From positions 3,296,001 through 3,360,000 of the forward strand of contig CAXXLQ010000004.1 in the NCBI GenBank assembly GCA_963668695.2: DNA of 64,000 bases. The letters are read 5' to 3'. Position numbers and translations under genes: made by a program. Below are positions 20,174-30,175 of the stretch, one piece after another (the first letter of the stretch is position 1; each line of letters begins with the position of its first letter). Source of the DNA: Vicinamibacteria bacterium (GTDB taxonomy: Bacteria > Acidobacteriota > Vicinamibacteria > Marinacidobacterales > Marinacidobacteraceae). Below the pieces are notes generated by a model. It was not told the origin of the DNA. It was given only the letters and a program-made list of their open reading frames with translations, and searched no databases.

Positions 20174-21424
20174 GTGTCAGCGACTCCCCTCCCCCACCCC
20201 ACGCCTCGCGACCCGGTCGTGACCGGAATGGGACTGCTTTCCCAGGTCGGAACCGGAATCTCCGAACATCGGGACGCCCTCAAGCCCGGGACTCAGGTCC
20301 CCTTCTCGGTCTACGAACCAGGCGTGACCTGCCAGACCGGCTGCCAACTGGTGGGCGCCTACCGGGAACCGCTCACCCCCGGCGACCTCGGGCTCGAGCG
20401 CTCGGAAGCGCGCTTCATGGGCCGCATGTCGCTGCTCGCGGTGCGCGCCGCGCGGCTCGCGCTCGAACAGTCGGGACTTCCGACCCGGGATCTGGCGGTG
20501 GTGGTCGGAACCGGCACCGGCGAGATCGCGACGCACCGTGAAATGGTGCGCCGGGTCGACCGCGGCGGGCGCGTCCGGGTCCTGCCGACCACCATCCCGC
20601 GCATCATGGCCTCTACGGTTTCGGCCAACCTGGCCACGTTGCTGAAAACGCGGGGCCCTTCGCTGTCGGTGACCGCGGCCTGTGCCGGAGGCGCTTACAA
20701 CCTCGCCATCGCCGCCTCCTGGATCCGGGAAGGCGTCGTGGACCACGCCCTCGCGGGCGGAGTCGAGGCGGAGGACGTGCACTTCCATCTCGGGTTCGAC
20801 TCCATGCGCGCCTACACCCGGGTGGACAACCACCGCCCGGAGTGGGCTTCGAGACCCTACGCCGCCGATCGCGCCGGTTTCATCTTCGGCGAGGGCGCCG
20901 GCATCCTGGCCCTCGAGTCACGAGAATCCGCCGAGCGGCGCGGCGCGGAAATCCTCGGCTCCCTCCGCGGGTTCGGAATGTCCTCCGACGGGAGCGGAGA
21001 GATGGTGGCCCCGGACAGCGAGGGAGCGGAACTCGCCATTCGACGGGCGCTCCGCCACAGCGGCGTGCCCCGGGAGGCGATCGGCTATATCAACACCCAC
21101 GCCACTTCGACCCCCCTCGGCGACATCTCCGAGGTCCGGGCGATTCGCCGCGTCTTCGACGACGCCCTCGTCCCCTACGGTTCGACGAAGGGGTACACCG
21201 GCCACACGGTGTCCGCCGCCGGCGCGCTGGAGGCCGCCTTCACTCTCCTGATGCTCCGGGAGGGCTGGCTCTCCCCCTCGCTGAACGCGGAACCGCTCGA
21301 TCCCGAACTGGAGAACTACCCTCCCGTGCTCCGCCCCACCGGCACCGACGCCGAATGGGCCCTCTCGAACTCCTTCGGCTTCGGCGGCACGAACATCGCG
21401 CTCGTCCTCCGCCGCGAACGCTGA
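20174..21424 (+). CDS. fabB: Beta-ketoacyl-ACP synthase (FabB-like)
   Basis: MASTVSANLAT, TAACA catalytic Cys, NTHATST, KGYTGH, SNSFGFGGTN. Confidence 0.85.
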   Translation: MSATPLPHPTPRDPVVTGMGLLSQVGTGISEHRDALKPGTQVPFSVYEPGVTCQTGCQLVGAYREPLTPGDLGLERSEARFMGRMSLLAVRAARLALEQSGLPTRDLAVVVGTGTGEIATHREMVRRVDRGGRVRVLPTTIPRIMASTVSANLATLLKTRGPSLSVTAACAGGAYNLAIAASWIREGVVDHALAGGVEAEDVHFHLGFDSMRAYTRVDNHRPEWASRPYAADRAGFIFGEGAGILALESRESAERRGAEILGSLRGFGMSSDGSGEMVAPDSEGAELAIRRALRHSGVPREAIGYINTHATSTPLGDISEVRAIRRVFDDALVPYGSTKGYTGHTVSAAGALEAAFTLLMLREGWLSPSLNAEPLDPELENYPPVLRPTGTDAEWALSNSFGFGGTNIALVLRRER

Positions 21425-21430
21425 GGCCGA

Positions 21431-21666
21431 GCGGTCCGGAAGGGGGGCGCCTGACCGGAACGACGACCGACCGTTAGTTCTTTTGGTGGGCCCGCCCCCC
21501 TTCCGAACCGCCCGGCGCTTCGCGCCGGCAATCGAAACTCCCTTGCGCGCCTTCGGCGCGCGGCGGCGAGTTCCGATTGGTCGTTACCTTTTTGTGAAAG
21601 GGGGGCAGTAGCCCCCCTTTCACACTTTCCCCCCGGTCACGCGGGCAGCGAACGGGGTTCGCTGCC
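21431..21666. other. Highly structured non-coding segment (five stems); candidate ncRNA or repeat
   Basis: Complementary arms read directly; last hairpin followed by a T-rich tract. Confidence 0.55.
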
Positions 21667-21704
21667 ATTGTTTTTGCGGGCTCGGCAGTACGCCACCGCG
21701 CTTC

Positions 21705-21797
21705 AAGCGCGGGGACGGCTTGGAGCGCCGACCTCTGGGCAGTTCTCCCGGTGGGGCCCGGCACGCGCGGGAGCGCTAAACCAGCGCCGATGACGCT
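21705..21797 (+). repeat. Family B REP-like unit with the 18-nt module in its hairpin
   Basis: AAGCGCGGGGACGGCT-GGAGCGCCG...CCGGCA...AACCAGCGCCGATGACGCT shared with 41960-42134. Confidence 0.75.
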
Positions 21798-21914
21798 GCG
21801 TTCGGCCAACGGACGTGCCGCACGCTCTCCTGATCCCGGATGGCGCGACCGCTCGCCCCACCCCCCCAGGGCGATACCGTATTCCCCATGCCCTCACCCC
21901 AGCAAGAGAAACCC

Positions 21915-22310
21915 ATGCGCGTCGATCTCGAATGGAACGGAGCAACCGGTTACCACCTGACCACCCCCTCCGGGGCCTCGCTCACTCTCGATAGCGACGC
22001 GCAGGACGGGGCCTCTCCCATGCAGGCCCTGCTCGCCGCGGTGGCCGGCTGCATGGCGATCGACGTGGTGCACATCCTGAAGCGAATGCGCCGCGCTCCG
22101 GAACGGCTCTCGGCCCGCGTCTCGGGAGAGCGCGCCGACGACCATCCGCGCCGTTTCGTCCGGATACGGCTGGAGTTCACCGCCTCGGGCGGCGCCGTGG
22201 TCCAGGACCGCCTTGAGCAATCCGTCGAACTCTCCTTCGCGAAGTACTGCAGCGTCCTCCACAGCCTCGCGAAGGACACCGAAACCTCCTGGTCCGCCCG
22301 CATCGAATAG
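21915..22310 (+). CDS. OsmC family protein (YhfA-like)
   Basis: SPMQALLAAVAGCMAIDVV, LSFAKYCSV. Confidence 0.9.
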   Translation: MRVDLEWNGATGYHLTTPSGASLTLDSDAQDGASPMQALLAAVAGCMAIDVVHILKRMRRAPERLSARVSGERADDHPRRFVRIRLEFTASGGAVVQDRLEQSVELSFAKYCSVLHSLAKDTETSWSARIE

Positions 22311-22349
22311 CGGGACGGTGCACGCCCGCCGGCGCTTGACCGACCGTGC

Positions 22350-23501
22350 TCAGTGGGCTTCGATCGGAGAGAGGCCGTGCGGCCGCTCTCCCAACCGAAG
22401 CAATGGGTCGCGGATCTTCGAACTGTCCGTAGCGAGGTCTACCGTGATGAACCGGAACCGGCATCCCTGGATGATTGCCGCCTCGTCGACGTTCTCTCCA
22501 ATGGCAGGGTGTAGCAGGACCGCTTCCGTAGTCCACACACCGGGATCTTCAAGGCAGAGTTGGGAAAAGACGTACGCATAGATTTGGTAGAGATAACCGC
22601 TCCTCAAGGTGTCCTGTCCGAACTGACCCTGCGTGAGGATTCCAGTGAACTTCGTGTCGACAACGATCCTGCGATGGTCGGTGGCTTGTTCCAGAGTGAT
22701 GTCCGTCTGCATTCCAGGCAGGATCGACGTTGCACGAGGCGTGGCTTCCTCAACCTGCCAGCCGAGCCTACGGCTGCCTACCCTCCATCCCACTGGCTCG
22801 AGCGTGACTTCGTAGAACCCCCTAACGGCATGCTCGAAGAGGCGGCGGACCCATATATCTTCTCTTTCGGCCAACGGAAGGCGCTCCGTTCCGGGCGACT
22901 CCATGGGCAGGGTGAGATCCAGGGCCAGGGTCGCCGCGGAGACCATGTGGCGGTCCTCGGTCTCATGGCGGCCGATTGTGTCGGTGCTCATTTCTCGCCT
23001 GGTTGGTGCCTTTCCGGAAACCCCCAACGCCCGCATCGCGCCGGCCGCACGCCGACACCGGGTGCCGAGTTCGGGCTTCGTGACGAGGCCCGCAATTCGT
23101 TCGCAGGCAGCCCGAATAAAGCGGTTCCTTGGCGTGTCCATTGCCAGTTCCTCGAATCGGCAGGCAACGAGTCCCCGACTCAGCAGCTGGTGCCGTTCGG
23201 TCTCAAGCATGTCGATGCGGCCCCGAACCCGAGGAAGTGCCGCAGCGCGCCGCCGGTACCCGCTACTCAGGAGACGCCGGAGTCTCCTCTCCACAGCGTA
23301 GGCAAGTAGCTCCGCGACCAGGTCGGGTAGATTGTCAGGCGCGTCCTCGACAGCCGCATTGATGGCGCCCCGGTGACGCCATAGATCGGACGCGTAAAAC
23401 ATCAAGAGCCACAGATTTCGGACCGGCACGCGTCCTACGAAACCCGGCGTCGAAGCCTTCGTCCTCGCTTCGACAGATACCGAAGGGACTTCCACTACCA
23501 A
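22350..23501 (-). CDS. mcrC: McrC restriction subunit (PD-(D/E)xK nuclease)
   Basis: PVRNLWLLMFYAS, RGRID, MQTDI...VVDTKF, LYQIYAY; downstream of mcrB. Confidence 0.9.
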   Translation of the reverse strand: MVVEVPSVSVEARTKASTPGFVGRVPVRNLWLLMFYASDLWRHRGAINAAVEDAPDNLPDLVAELLAYAVERRLRRLLSSGYRRRAAALPRVRGRIDMLETERHQLLSRGLVACRFEELAMDTPRNRFIRAACERIAGLVTKPELGTRCRRAAGAMRALGVSGKAPTRREMSTDTIGRHETEDRHMVSAATLALDLTLPMESPGTERLPLAEREDIWVRRLFEHAVRGFYEVTLEPVGWRVGSRRLGWQVEEATPRATSILPGMQTDITLEQATDHRRIVVDTKFTGILTQGQFGQDTLRSGYLYQIYAYVFSQLCLEDPGVWTTEAVLLHPAIGENVDEAAIIQGCRFRFITVDLATDSSKIRDPLLRLGERPHGLSPIEAH

Positions 23502-24913
23502 CCCTTGACCAGTTCGAGTGTGGCGTCGTCCGCCTTCTTCGGATCATCGAACCAGTATTCCTGGAGCAGCGGCCCGATCTCAGTTTCGACGACATCGCGG
23601 AACCACTCCCTTGTAGCTCCGGTTGCAAGCGGCTCTGCCGGTGTGATGAAGCTGTGACCGACGCAGAAGTGACGGCCGAGATTCCGGTCTGTTCGAATCT
23701 GATCGTTCAGGTGTTGAACTCGCGTGGCGATATCGTCGGCAAGAGCGCCGTCGACCCCTCGTTCTTTCACGACCCAGTCCTTCCAGCGAGTGCCGATCTG
23801 AGGTTCCAGCGTCGCAAACGCGAACCGACGCCGCAGCGCAAAGTCCACCATCGCTAACGACCGGTCGGCCAAGTTCATCGTGCCAATCACATGTAGGTTG
23901 TCCGGCAGATAGACGGCTCGATCACCCCTTTCGTCCGCGTACGGAAGTTCAATCGCCTCCTCTGGCGTCCTCTTGTCGGTCTCAAGCAGCGTCAATAACT
24001 CCCCGAAAATCTGCGTTGGGTTGCCTCGATTGATCTCCTCGATAACGACCACAAACTGGGACTCCTGCGTATCCTGAGCCTCTCGCACGGCTGTCAGGAA
24101 CACCCCATCTACAGCCTTGAGAATGCCATCCCCTCCGGGGCGAAAACCGCGCACAAAATCCTCGTAGGAAAGGCTCGGGTGGAACTGGACCGTGCGGACT
24201 TTCTCGGGATCCTTCTTTCCGATCAGGGCGAACGCCAGTCGTTTGGCCAACCAAGTCTTGCCGGTGCCGGGAGGACCCTGGAGGATCAGGTTCTTCTTGG
24301 CTCTTAGGCGCCCGAGCAAACGTTGCAGATCCTCTTCGGCGAGAAAACACCCGTCATCGAGAATGTTCCCAATGGAGTACTCGGTGCGGTCCGGAGTGCC
24401 CTTCCGAGGATAGAGGTCTCTCCAGTAAGGCAAATCCAGGAAGCGTTCAATATCTTGCGGTTTCCCATCGAATGCGAAGGCGATAAGGGACTCCGACAGC
24501 CAACGCTCGTCGGCAGGTCGGTCTTCCGGATTGATCCTCCACAGCGTGGGCTGATAGGTGTAAAAGCGCCATTCGCGCGGCGGATCGAGAACCTGTTCCC
24601 AACTGACGTACACCTGTTGCCCATTGCCTGGATTGTGGGTGATTGTTCCGGTCGCTTTGATCCGCATCATGGAGACCCGCCGACCTCCTGTATCAAACGG
24701 ATGACCCTCCCTTCGCGTAAACACCGCCTTGATGGCAATGCGATCGCCCGCACGCATTCGGCGCACGTTCGTCCGAATGCCGAGCTTGTCTTTGCGGAAT
24801 CCGTGCTCCCAGATTCCCTCCGCCAGGAACCGCTGCGTCTGATCTTCTACTCCTCGCCAACTGGCGCCGACAAACCAAACCGGACGCGATCCCGAACCGT
24901 TCTCATCTCCCAT
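23495..24913 (-). CDS. mcrB: McrB AAA+ GTPase subunit
   Basis: GPPGTGKT, QFHPSLSYEDF, IEEINRGN, GTMNLADRS (NxxD), ALRRRF, VGHSF. Confidence 0.92.
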   Translation of the reverse strand: MGDENGSGSRPVWFVGASWRGVEDQTQRFLAEGIWEHGFRKDKLGIRTNVRRMRAGDRIAIKAVFTRREGHPFDTGGRRVSMMRIKATGTITHNPGNGQQVYVSWEQVLDPPREWRFYTYQPTLWRINPEDRPADERWLSESLIAFAFDGKPQDIERFLDLPYWRDLYPRKGTPDRTEYSIGNILDDGCFLAEEDLQRLLGRLRAKKNLILQGPPGTGKTWLAKRLAFALIGKKDPEKVRTVQFHPSLSYEDFVRGFRPGGDGILKAVDGVFLTAVREAQDTQESQFVVVIEEINRGNPTQIFGELLTLLETDKRTPEEAIELPYADERGDRAVYLPDNLHVIGTMNLADRSLAMVDFALRRRFAFATLEPQIGTRWKDWVVKERGVDGALADDIATRVQHLNDQIRTDRNLGRHFCVGHSFITPAEPLATGATREWFRDVVETEIGPLLQEYWFDDPKKADDATLELVKGW

Positions 24914-25176
24914 TTACTTTCTCCTTTCGTCACAGGATTCCCGGGACTACGTCCGGCATAGTCAGAAACCCGTTTTCTCTGACGATTTTCCCACGAGATC
25001 AGCTCCGCCGAGCAGACGTACGGGTCGCTGCTCAGGAACTGATCCGCGCGCTTAAGGGCCGCAACCCTGCGAGTCACACGGATGTCTCAACGACGCGATT
25101 CGCCGTCCTCGCGGGCCTGAAGGCCGGCGGGCCCTCTCCTCCTACGCCCGTAAACGATGCGGCGCGGACTCCGAGC

Positions 25177-27604
25177 CTACAGCGACCGGAGGGCCGCCCA
25201 CGAATCGCCGCGCAGCGTCCGGAACCCGGCGGCCGCCGAAGCGATCAGCATGATGAGCAGCAGCAGCGCCGCCGGCCCCAGGTAGAACAGCGGATCCCCG
25301 GTCTCGATCCAGGGCACGCGGGCCGCCACCGCCCGCGACACGAACCAGCCGAGCAGCGTCCCGAGCGACACGCCGGCCGCCGCCGCCAGCGCCGTGGAAC
25401 GAAACGCCCCCCACACCAGCAGGTCCGGGTCGGCGCCGAGCGCCATCCGCACCGCCGTCGCGTGGGCTTCCCGGACCACGAAGTCGGCGATGTGGCCGAT
25501 GCCCCCGACCACCGCCAGCAGCAGCCCGGCGACGGCGAAGATCCCGAGCGCGACCGCCGCCAGCAGCGGAGCGCCGAGTTGACGGATCCGGCGCTCCCGT
25601 ACCGACGTCGTCCCGGTCGCGCGCATCGAAGCGTCCACCTCGGACGGAAGACGGCTGAGCGCCGCCACCTGCCCGGCCGTCGGGCCCTCCCGGAACCGGG
25701 CCACCACCTCGACCTTGTGGTGACTGCCCCCATGCGGAGGGACCGCGAACGGGACGTACGCCGTGGGATAGAACGAAGTGTCCGGGAAGACGCGCAGGTC
25801 CGGCGCGACGCCAACCACCCGCGCCTCCGCGAATCCCAACAGCATCGTCTTTCCCACCACCGGTGCGGGGAGCTCCGAAGCCCGCGCGTAGGACTGGTCC
25901 AGAACCGCGACGCTCTCCGCTCCGGGCCCATCCGCTTCCCCGATGCCCCGGCCGGCAACGAGAGGAATTCCGAGCACCCCGAGCAGTCCCGGACTGACCG
26001 ATCGCGTCGCCCGTCCAGAGTCCGGATCCCGGGGCTGGCCGGGCCCGGCGCCGGTGAAGGTCACCATCCCCCCCGGCTCGTCCGGCAGCGCGTCGGTGTA
26101 GCCGGCGGCGGCGACCGCCGGGATCGCCTCGATCCGTTCGACCAGCCGGTCGAGCAGGACCACCTGCTCGCTGTGCGGCAGCGACGCCCCCCCGGAATGA
26201 CCGCCGAAAGTCCACCGTGAGCTGGGCTAGCCCCCGGTCCGCATAGCCGCCCCGGCCGGCGAAGAGCCGCCAGGCGCTCCCCCCCAGCACGGCGGTGGCT
26301 ACCAGGATCACGGTCGCCGCCGCCACTCCGAACGCCAGGGTGGGCGGGACCGTACGCATCCGGTGCGGGAGGGCGAAGCGCGCCATCCCCACCGCCTGTC
26401 GCCGCGTCCGCAGGGTGTCGAGCAGCGGCGCGGCCTCGGCCAGCGCAACGGCGAGCAAGGCGACGATGAACGCCCCTCCGGCGGCGCCCCAGCCGGCGGT
26501 CCAGCCCTCGGCGAACGGGAGTTCCGCCCCGTACCGGCGAAAGAGCGGCAGGGCCAACGCCGCCAGCAGCGCGCTGCCCGCGGTCACCGCCGCCGCCAGC
26601 AGGCTCACCCGGAAGACCGCCGCCAGGAATTCATCCCGGACGGAACCGCCGAGCGCCCTCCGGATCGCGGCGGCGCGGCGTCCCGCGACGGAGCGCGCGA
26701 GTCGCAGCCCGGAGACGCTGACCGCGGCGGCCAGCACCAGCAGGAGCGCCCCGGCGCGCAGGATCTCGAGCACGGGGCGCACCGAGGCCGTCAGCGCCTC
26801 GGACAGCGGGATCGCCTGGACCCGTTCTTCCTCCTGCCGGAATCCGGCTTCGCTGAGCAAGGCGGAGGCTTCGGCGGCGGCCGCCGCGGGCGAGACGCCC
26901 GGCCGGAGCCGTGCGAACGCATTTGAAGAACGCGACGATCCTCCCGGTGCGGCGCCCACCTGGCGGCGCCGGGCGGGCAGCCACGCTTCGCCCCGCAGCA
27001 GCGGGGTGACGAAGCCTTCCGGCATCACCCCGATGATCCGCGTGGGTTCGCCGTTCAACACGATCTCGCTGGCGACCGCGTCGGGCGAGCCGCCGAAGGC
27101 CGTCCTCCAGAGTCCGTGGCTCAGCAGGGCGACCGCTTGGCCCCGATCGAGCGTCCCCGGCGAGAACGAAGGGTTCGCAGCCGGCCCCTCGTGGTCTTCG
27201 GGAAGAAACGGCCTTCCCAGCAGCGGGGACACTCCGAGAACCTCAAGGAACCCCGGCTCCAGCGCCTCCACCCACAGCGAGCGTGCGGCCGGGTCTCCCA
27301 AGGTCATCGAAGCCCCCCACAGGTGTCCCACCCAGACGAAGGAATCCGCCCGTTCCCGCAGCAGGGCCGCTTCTCGATCGCTGAGGAAGCGCCCGAAGGG
27401 GGTTGCGGACTCCCCGCCGTTGAGGGCCACCAGTTCCTCGGGAGCGCGGTAGGGAAGCCCGACGCCGACCGTGGAATCCCAAACGGCGCCCACCGCGTGC
27501 CACGCCCCGACCGCAAAGACCAGCGCCATGACGACCGCGAGCGTGTTCGCGGGCGCGAAGGCCAGGGAGCGCCAGGCGGCAACGAAGGCGGTTGCGGTTC
27601 GCAC
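25177..27604 (-). CDS. ADOP/FtsX-MacB-type duplicated ABC permease (+1 frameshift near 26190-26210)
   Basis: LPYRAPEEL, LGRPF, LSHGLW, IIGVMP, AIRRALG and AVRMALGA repeats; the halves lie in two frames. Confidence 0.8.
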
Positions 27605-27611
27605 GGGTTCC

Positions 27612-28403
27612 TCAGCGCGGACGCTCGCCGGAGCCCTGGTCCCCGTCCGCCAGCAGGGCCATGATCTCGCCCCCAATTCCCTGCGCCAGCATCGCCGGCG
27701 AGAGGGACCCCGGAGCGAGGTGGGGGTCGGCCCCGGCCGCGAGCAGCGCCCGCGCGGCGGCCAACCGTTCTTCCTCCCGCGCCTCGATCCCGAGAGGATT
27801 CGGAGACCGGCCCACCGACCAGCCGAACAGCAGTGCCAGGAGCGCGGTCTGGTTGTTCGGCTCCGCGTGCGCGTTGGGGTCGGCGCCGGCTTCGAGCAGG
27901 ACCGCGACGGCGTCCGCGCGGCCGAAGATCGCGGCCCGGTTCAACGGCGTGTTTCCCACCCGATCCACCGCCTCGACATTGGCTCCGGCGGCGAGCAGCA
28001 CCTCCAGCACGGCAACGGAACCGTTCGCCGCGGCGTGGTGCAGCGCGACGTACCCCCCGCTCTCGGCGTCGGCCGGAACGCCGTCGGCGAGCAGCTCGCG
28101 CACCAGGGCGGCATCACCCTCCCTCGCCGCCGCGACCAGCCGCCCGGCCGGGCTGTCGTCCGGCGGGTCCGCCAGAGCCCCGTTCGCCCCCGCGGCGCCC
28201 CCGGCCGGCGTTCCCGGCGCCGCGCGCACCACGACGCCGGGTTGCGCGGGGGCGGCGCCCGGCGCGTCGTCCGGCGCGTCGGCGACCAGGCTTTCGGCCC
28301 CGCCCGAGGACGGGGGCGACACCGTCCCGAGCCGGATGGCCGCGAACACCACCACGACGAGCAGGATCGCGAGTGCGGTGACGAATACGGTTCGAGGGCG
28401 CAC
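27612..28403 (-). CDS. Membrane-anchored ankyrin repeat protein
   Basis: GAGGAGG RBS, N-terminal TM, ALHHAAANG, GNTPLNRAA, LLEAGADPN. Confidence 0.85.
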   Translation of the reverse strand: MRPRTVFVTALAILLVVVVFAAIRLGTVSPPSSGGAESLVADAPDDAPGAAPAQPGVVVRAAPGTPAGGAAGANGALADPPDDSPAGRLVAAAREGDAALVRELLADGVPADAESGGYVALHHAAANGSVAVLEVLLAAGANVEAVDRVGNTPLNRAAIFGRADAVAVLLEAGADPNAHAEPNNQTALLALLFGWSVGRSPNPLGIEAREEERLAAARALLAAGADPHLAPGSLSPAMLAQGIGGEIMALLADGDQGSGERPR

Positions 28404-28413
28404 GGGATCCTCC

Positions 28414-29251
28414 TCAGCGCGGGCCCCGGTCGGGGCCGGCCGGATCCCCAGCGTACAGCCGCCCGATTTCGCCGCCGATGCCCTTCGCCAGTTCAACCGG
28501 CGGCGGGTGATCTCCGGGACCGAAGTGCGGATCGCCCCCGGCCTCGATGAGCGCCCACGCGGCGTTGAACCGTTCCTCTTCCTTTGGCGCGATCCCCGGG
28601 AACCTGCGCGTGAGACTCAGCGTCCAGCCACTCAGGATCGCCATCAGCGGTGTCATGTTATTCGGTGCCGCGTAGGCGTTCGGGTCGGCGCCGGCGCCCA
28701 CCAGAAACGCTACCGCTTCGGCGTTGCCGAGGAACGCAGCCTGGGTGAGTGCGGTGTTGCCGAACTGGTCCAGCGCCTCCAGGTGCGCGCCAGCCGCGAC
28801 CAGGAAGTGGAGCGCCGCAACCGAGCCGCTGCCGGCGGCCCCGTGGATGGCGAAGTACCCCGCGCTCTCGGAGTCCGCCGCTGCCCCCGCGGCAAGCAGC
28901 TCCCGCACGCAATGAGCGTCGCCCGCACGCGCTGCCGCCACCAGCAGCCCCGCCGGACTGGTGTCCTCCGCCGTGTCGGCTACCGGATTCCAACCGGAAA
29001 CCCCCGCCGGCGCGGCCCCGGCGCCCGACCCGGTCCCGGACTCCGCAGTTTCGGAAGTCGGCTCGGCCCCAGGATCCCCCAGGATCCGGCCCAGAATTCG
29101 GCCCAGAATTCGGCAAGGCCGCCGCCTCCTCGACCAGACCCCTGGACGGCGATGGGACCGCCGCGAGCCTGAGGGCGGCGAATACCACCACGAGCGCCAG
29201 CGACAGGAGGACACCTCCGAAAACCGCTCGGCGGCGGGTGAGCTGGGGCAT
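28414..29251 (-). CDS. Ankyrin repeat protein paralog (+1 frameshift at 29067-29086)
   Basis: TM leader and ankyrin repeats (GNTALTQAA, GAGADPN) in different frames; 10-bp duplication CCCCAGGATC at the shift. Confidence 0.8.
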
Positions 29252-29254
29252 GGC

Positions 29255-30175
29255 TCAGGGCCTGGAGGTGTACCCCTCCCGGGCGCGCACCCGGACCCGG
29301 GGCCGGGTCACCCGGACCTCGATCGGCACGAATCCCTGCCGCCCGGAGCTGGGAGTGAAGGCGAGCACGTAACGCACGCGGAGATCCCGCAGGATCTCCT
29401 CGAAGGCTCCCTGGAGGTCGTCGTCGGACCGAATGGTGACCGTGCGTCCACCGGTCATCCCGACCAGGTCCTCCAGCAGATCGACTCCTTCGCGGTCCGG
29501 ACGGAGGACCCGGGACGGCCGGGGCGCCGGCGCCAGAATCGAATACAGCAGGACATCGGATGCCCGGACGGCGCGGCGGATGTGGGTCTCGCGGGCCCAG
29601 CTCAGGTTGTCGAGGGCGTCGGAGAAGAGGAGCAGCACCGGACGGCCGCTCCCCCGGTGGAGCGCCGCCAGCGAAAGCGCGACCCCGTCCCAGAGCGCCG
29701 TCGCTCCCCCGCCGCCGACCTGGAGGAGTCCTTCGCCCACGTCGGGGCCGCAGGGGCCGAACTCGCGGACCCAGCGCGCGCGGGTGGAGAAGGACACCAC
29801 CGCGCAGTCGTCACGCTCGTCGAGCGCCTCGGCGAACTGCCGCGCCCCGGCCGCGAGGCGGCGCCGGCGCTCGCCGGCGGTGCTGGCGCTCACGTCCATG
29901 GCGAAGAGGACCGCGAGCGTCAGGGAGTCCGGATCCAGCAAACGGAACTTCGTCTCCTCGCCGGCGACCCGCAGCCGGAAGTCCGCTTCCCGAAGGCCGC
30001 GCACCGGACCGTCCCGGCTCACGGAAACATCCACCAGCACGACGCGGGTCTCCACCCGGAATTGCCCAAAGGCCGCGGACCCGGCACCGCACAGGAAGAA
30101 AGAGACGAACAGACAAACCCCGGCGGGTCGGGACAACCGGGCCCCCACCGGACCGTTCCCGCGTCGAACGTTCAA
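29255..30175 (-). CDS. Secreted VWA domain protein (start 30148 or 30175)
   Basis: AFG-QFRVETRVVLVDVSV, DVSAST, GATALWD, LFSDALD, LRVRYVLAF, VRAREGY. Confidence 0.85.
   Translation of the reverse strand: MNVRRGNGPVGARLSRPAGVCLFVSFFLCGAGSAAFGQFRVETRVVLVDVSVSRDGPVRGLREADFRLRVAGEETKFRLLDPDSLTLAVLFAMDVSASTAGERRRRLAAGARQFAEALDERDDCAVVSFSTRARWVREFGPCGPDVGEGLLQVGGGGATALWDGVALSLAALHRGSGRPVLLLFSDALDNLSWARETHIRRAVRASDVLLYSILAPAPRPSRVLRPDREGVDLLEDLVGMTGGRTVTIRSDDDLQGAFEEILRDLRVRYVLAFTPSSGRQGFVPIEVRVTRPRVRVRAREGYTSRP

Noticed and set aside
26180-26215. Programmed ribosomal frameshift in the permease
   Set aside because: No recognised slippery heptamer with a stimulator; an indel in the homopolymer is simpler.
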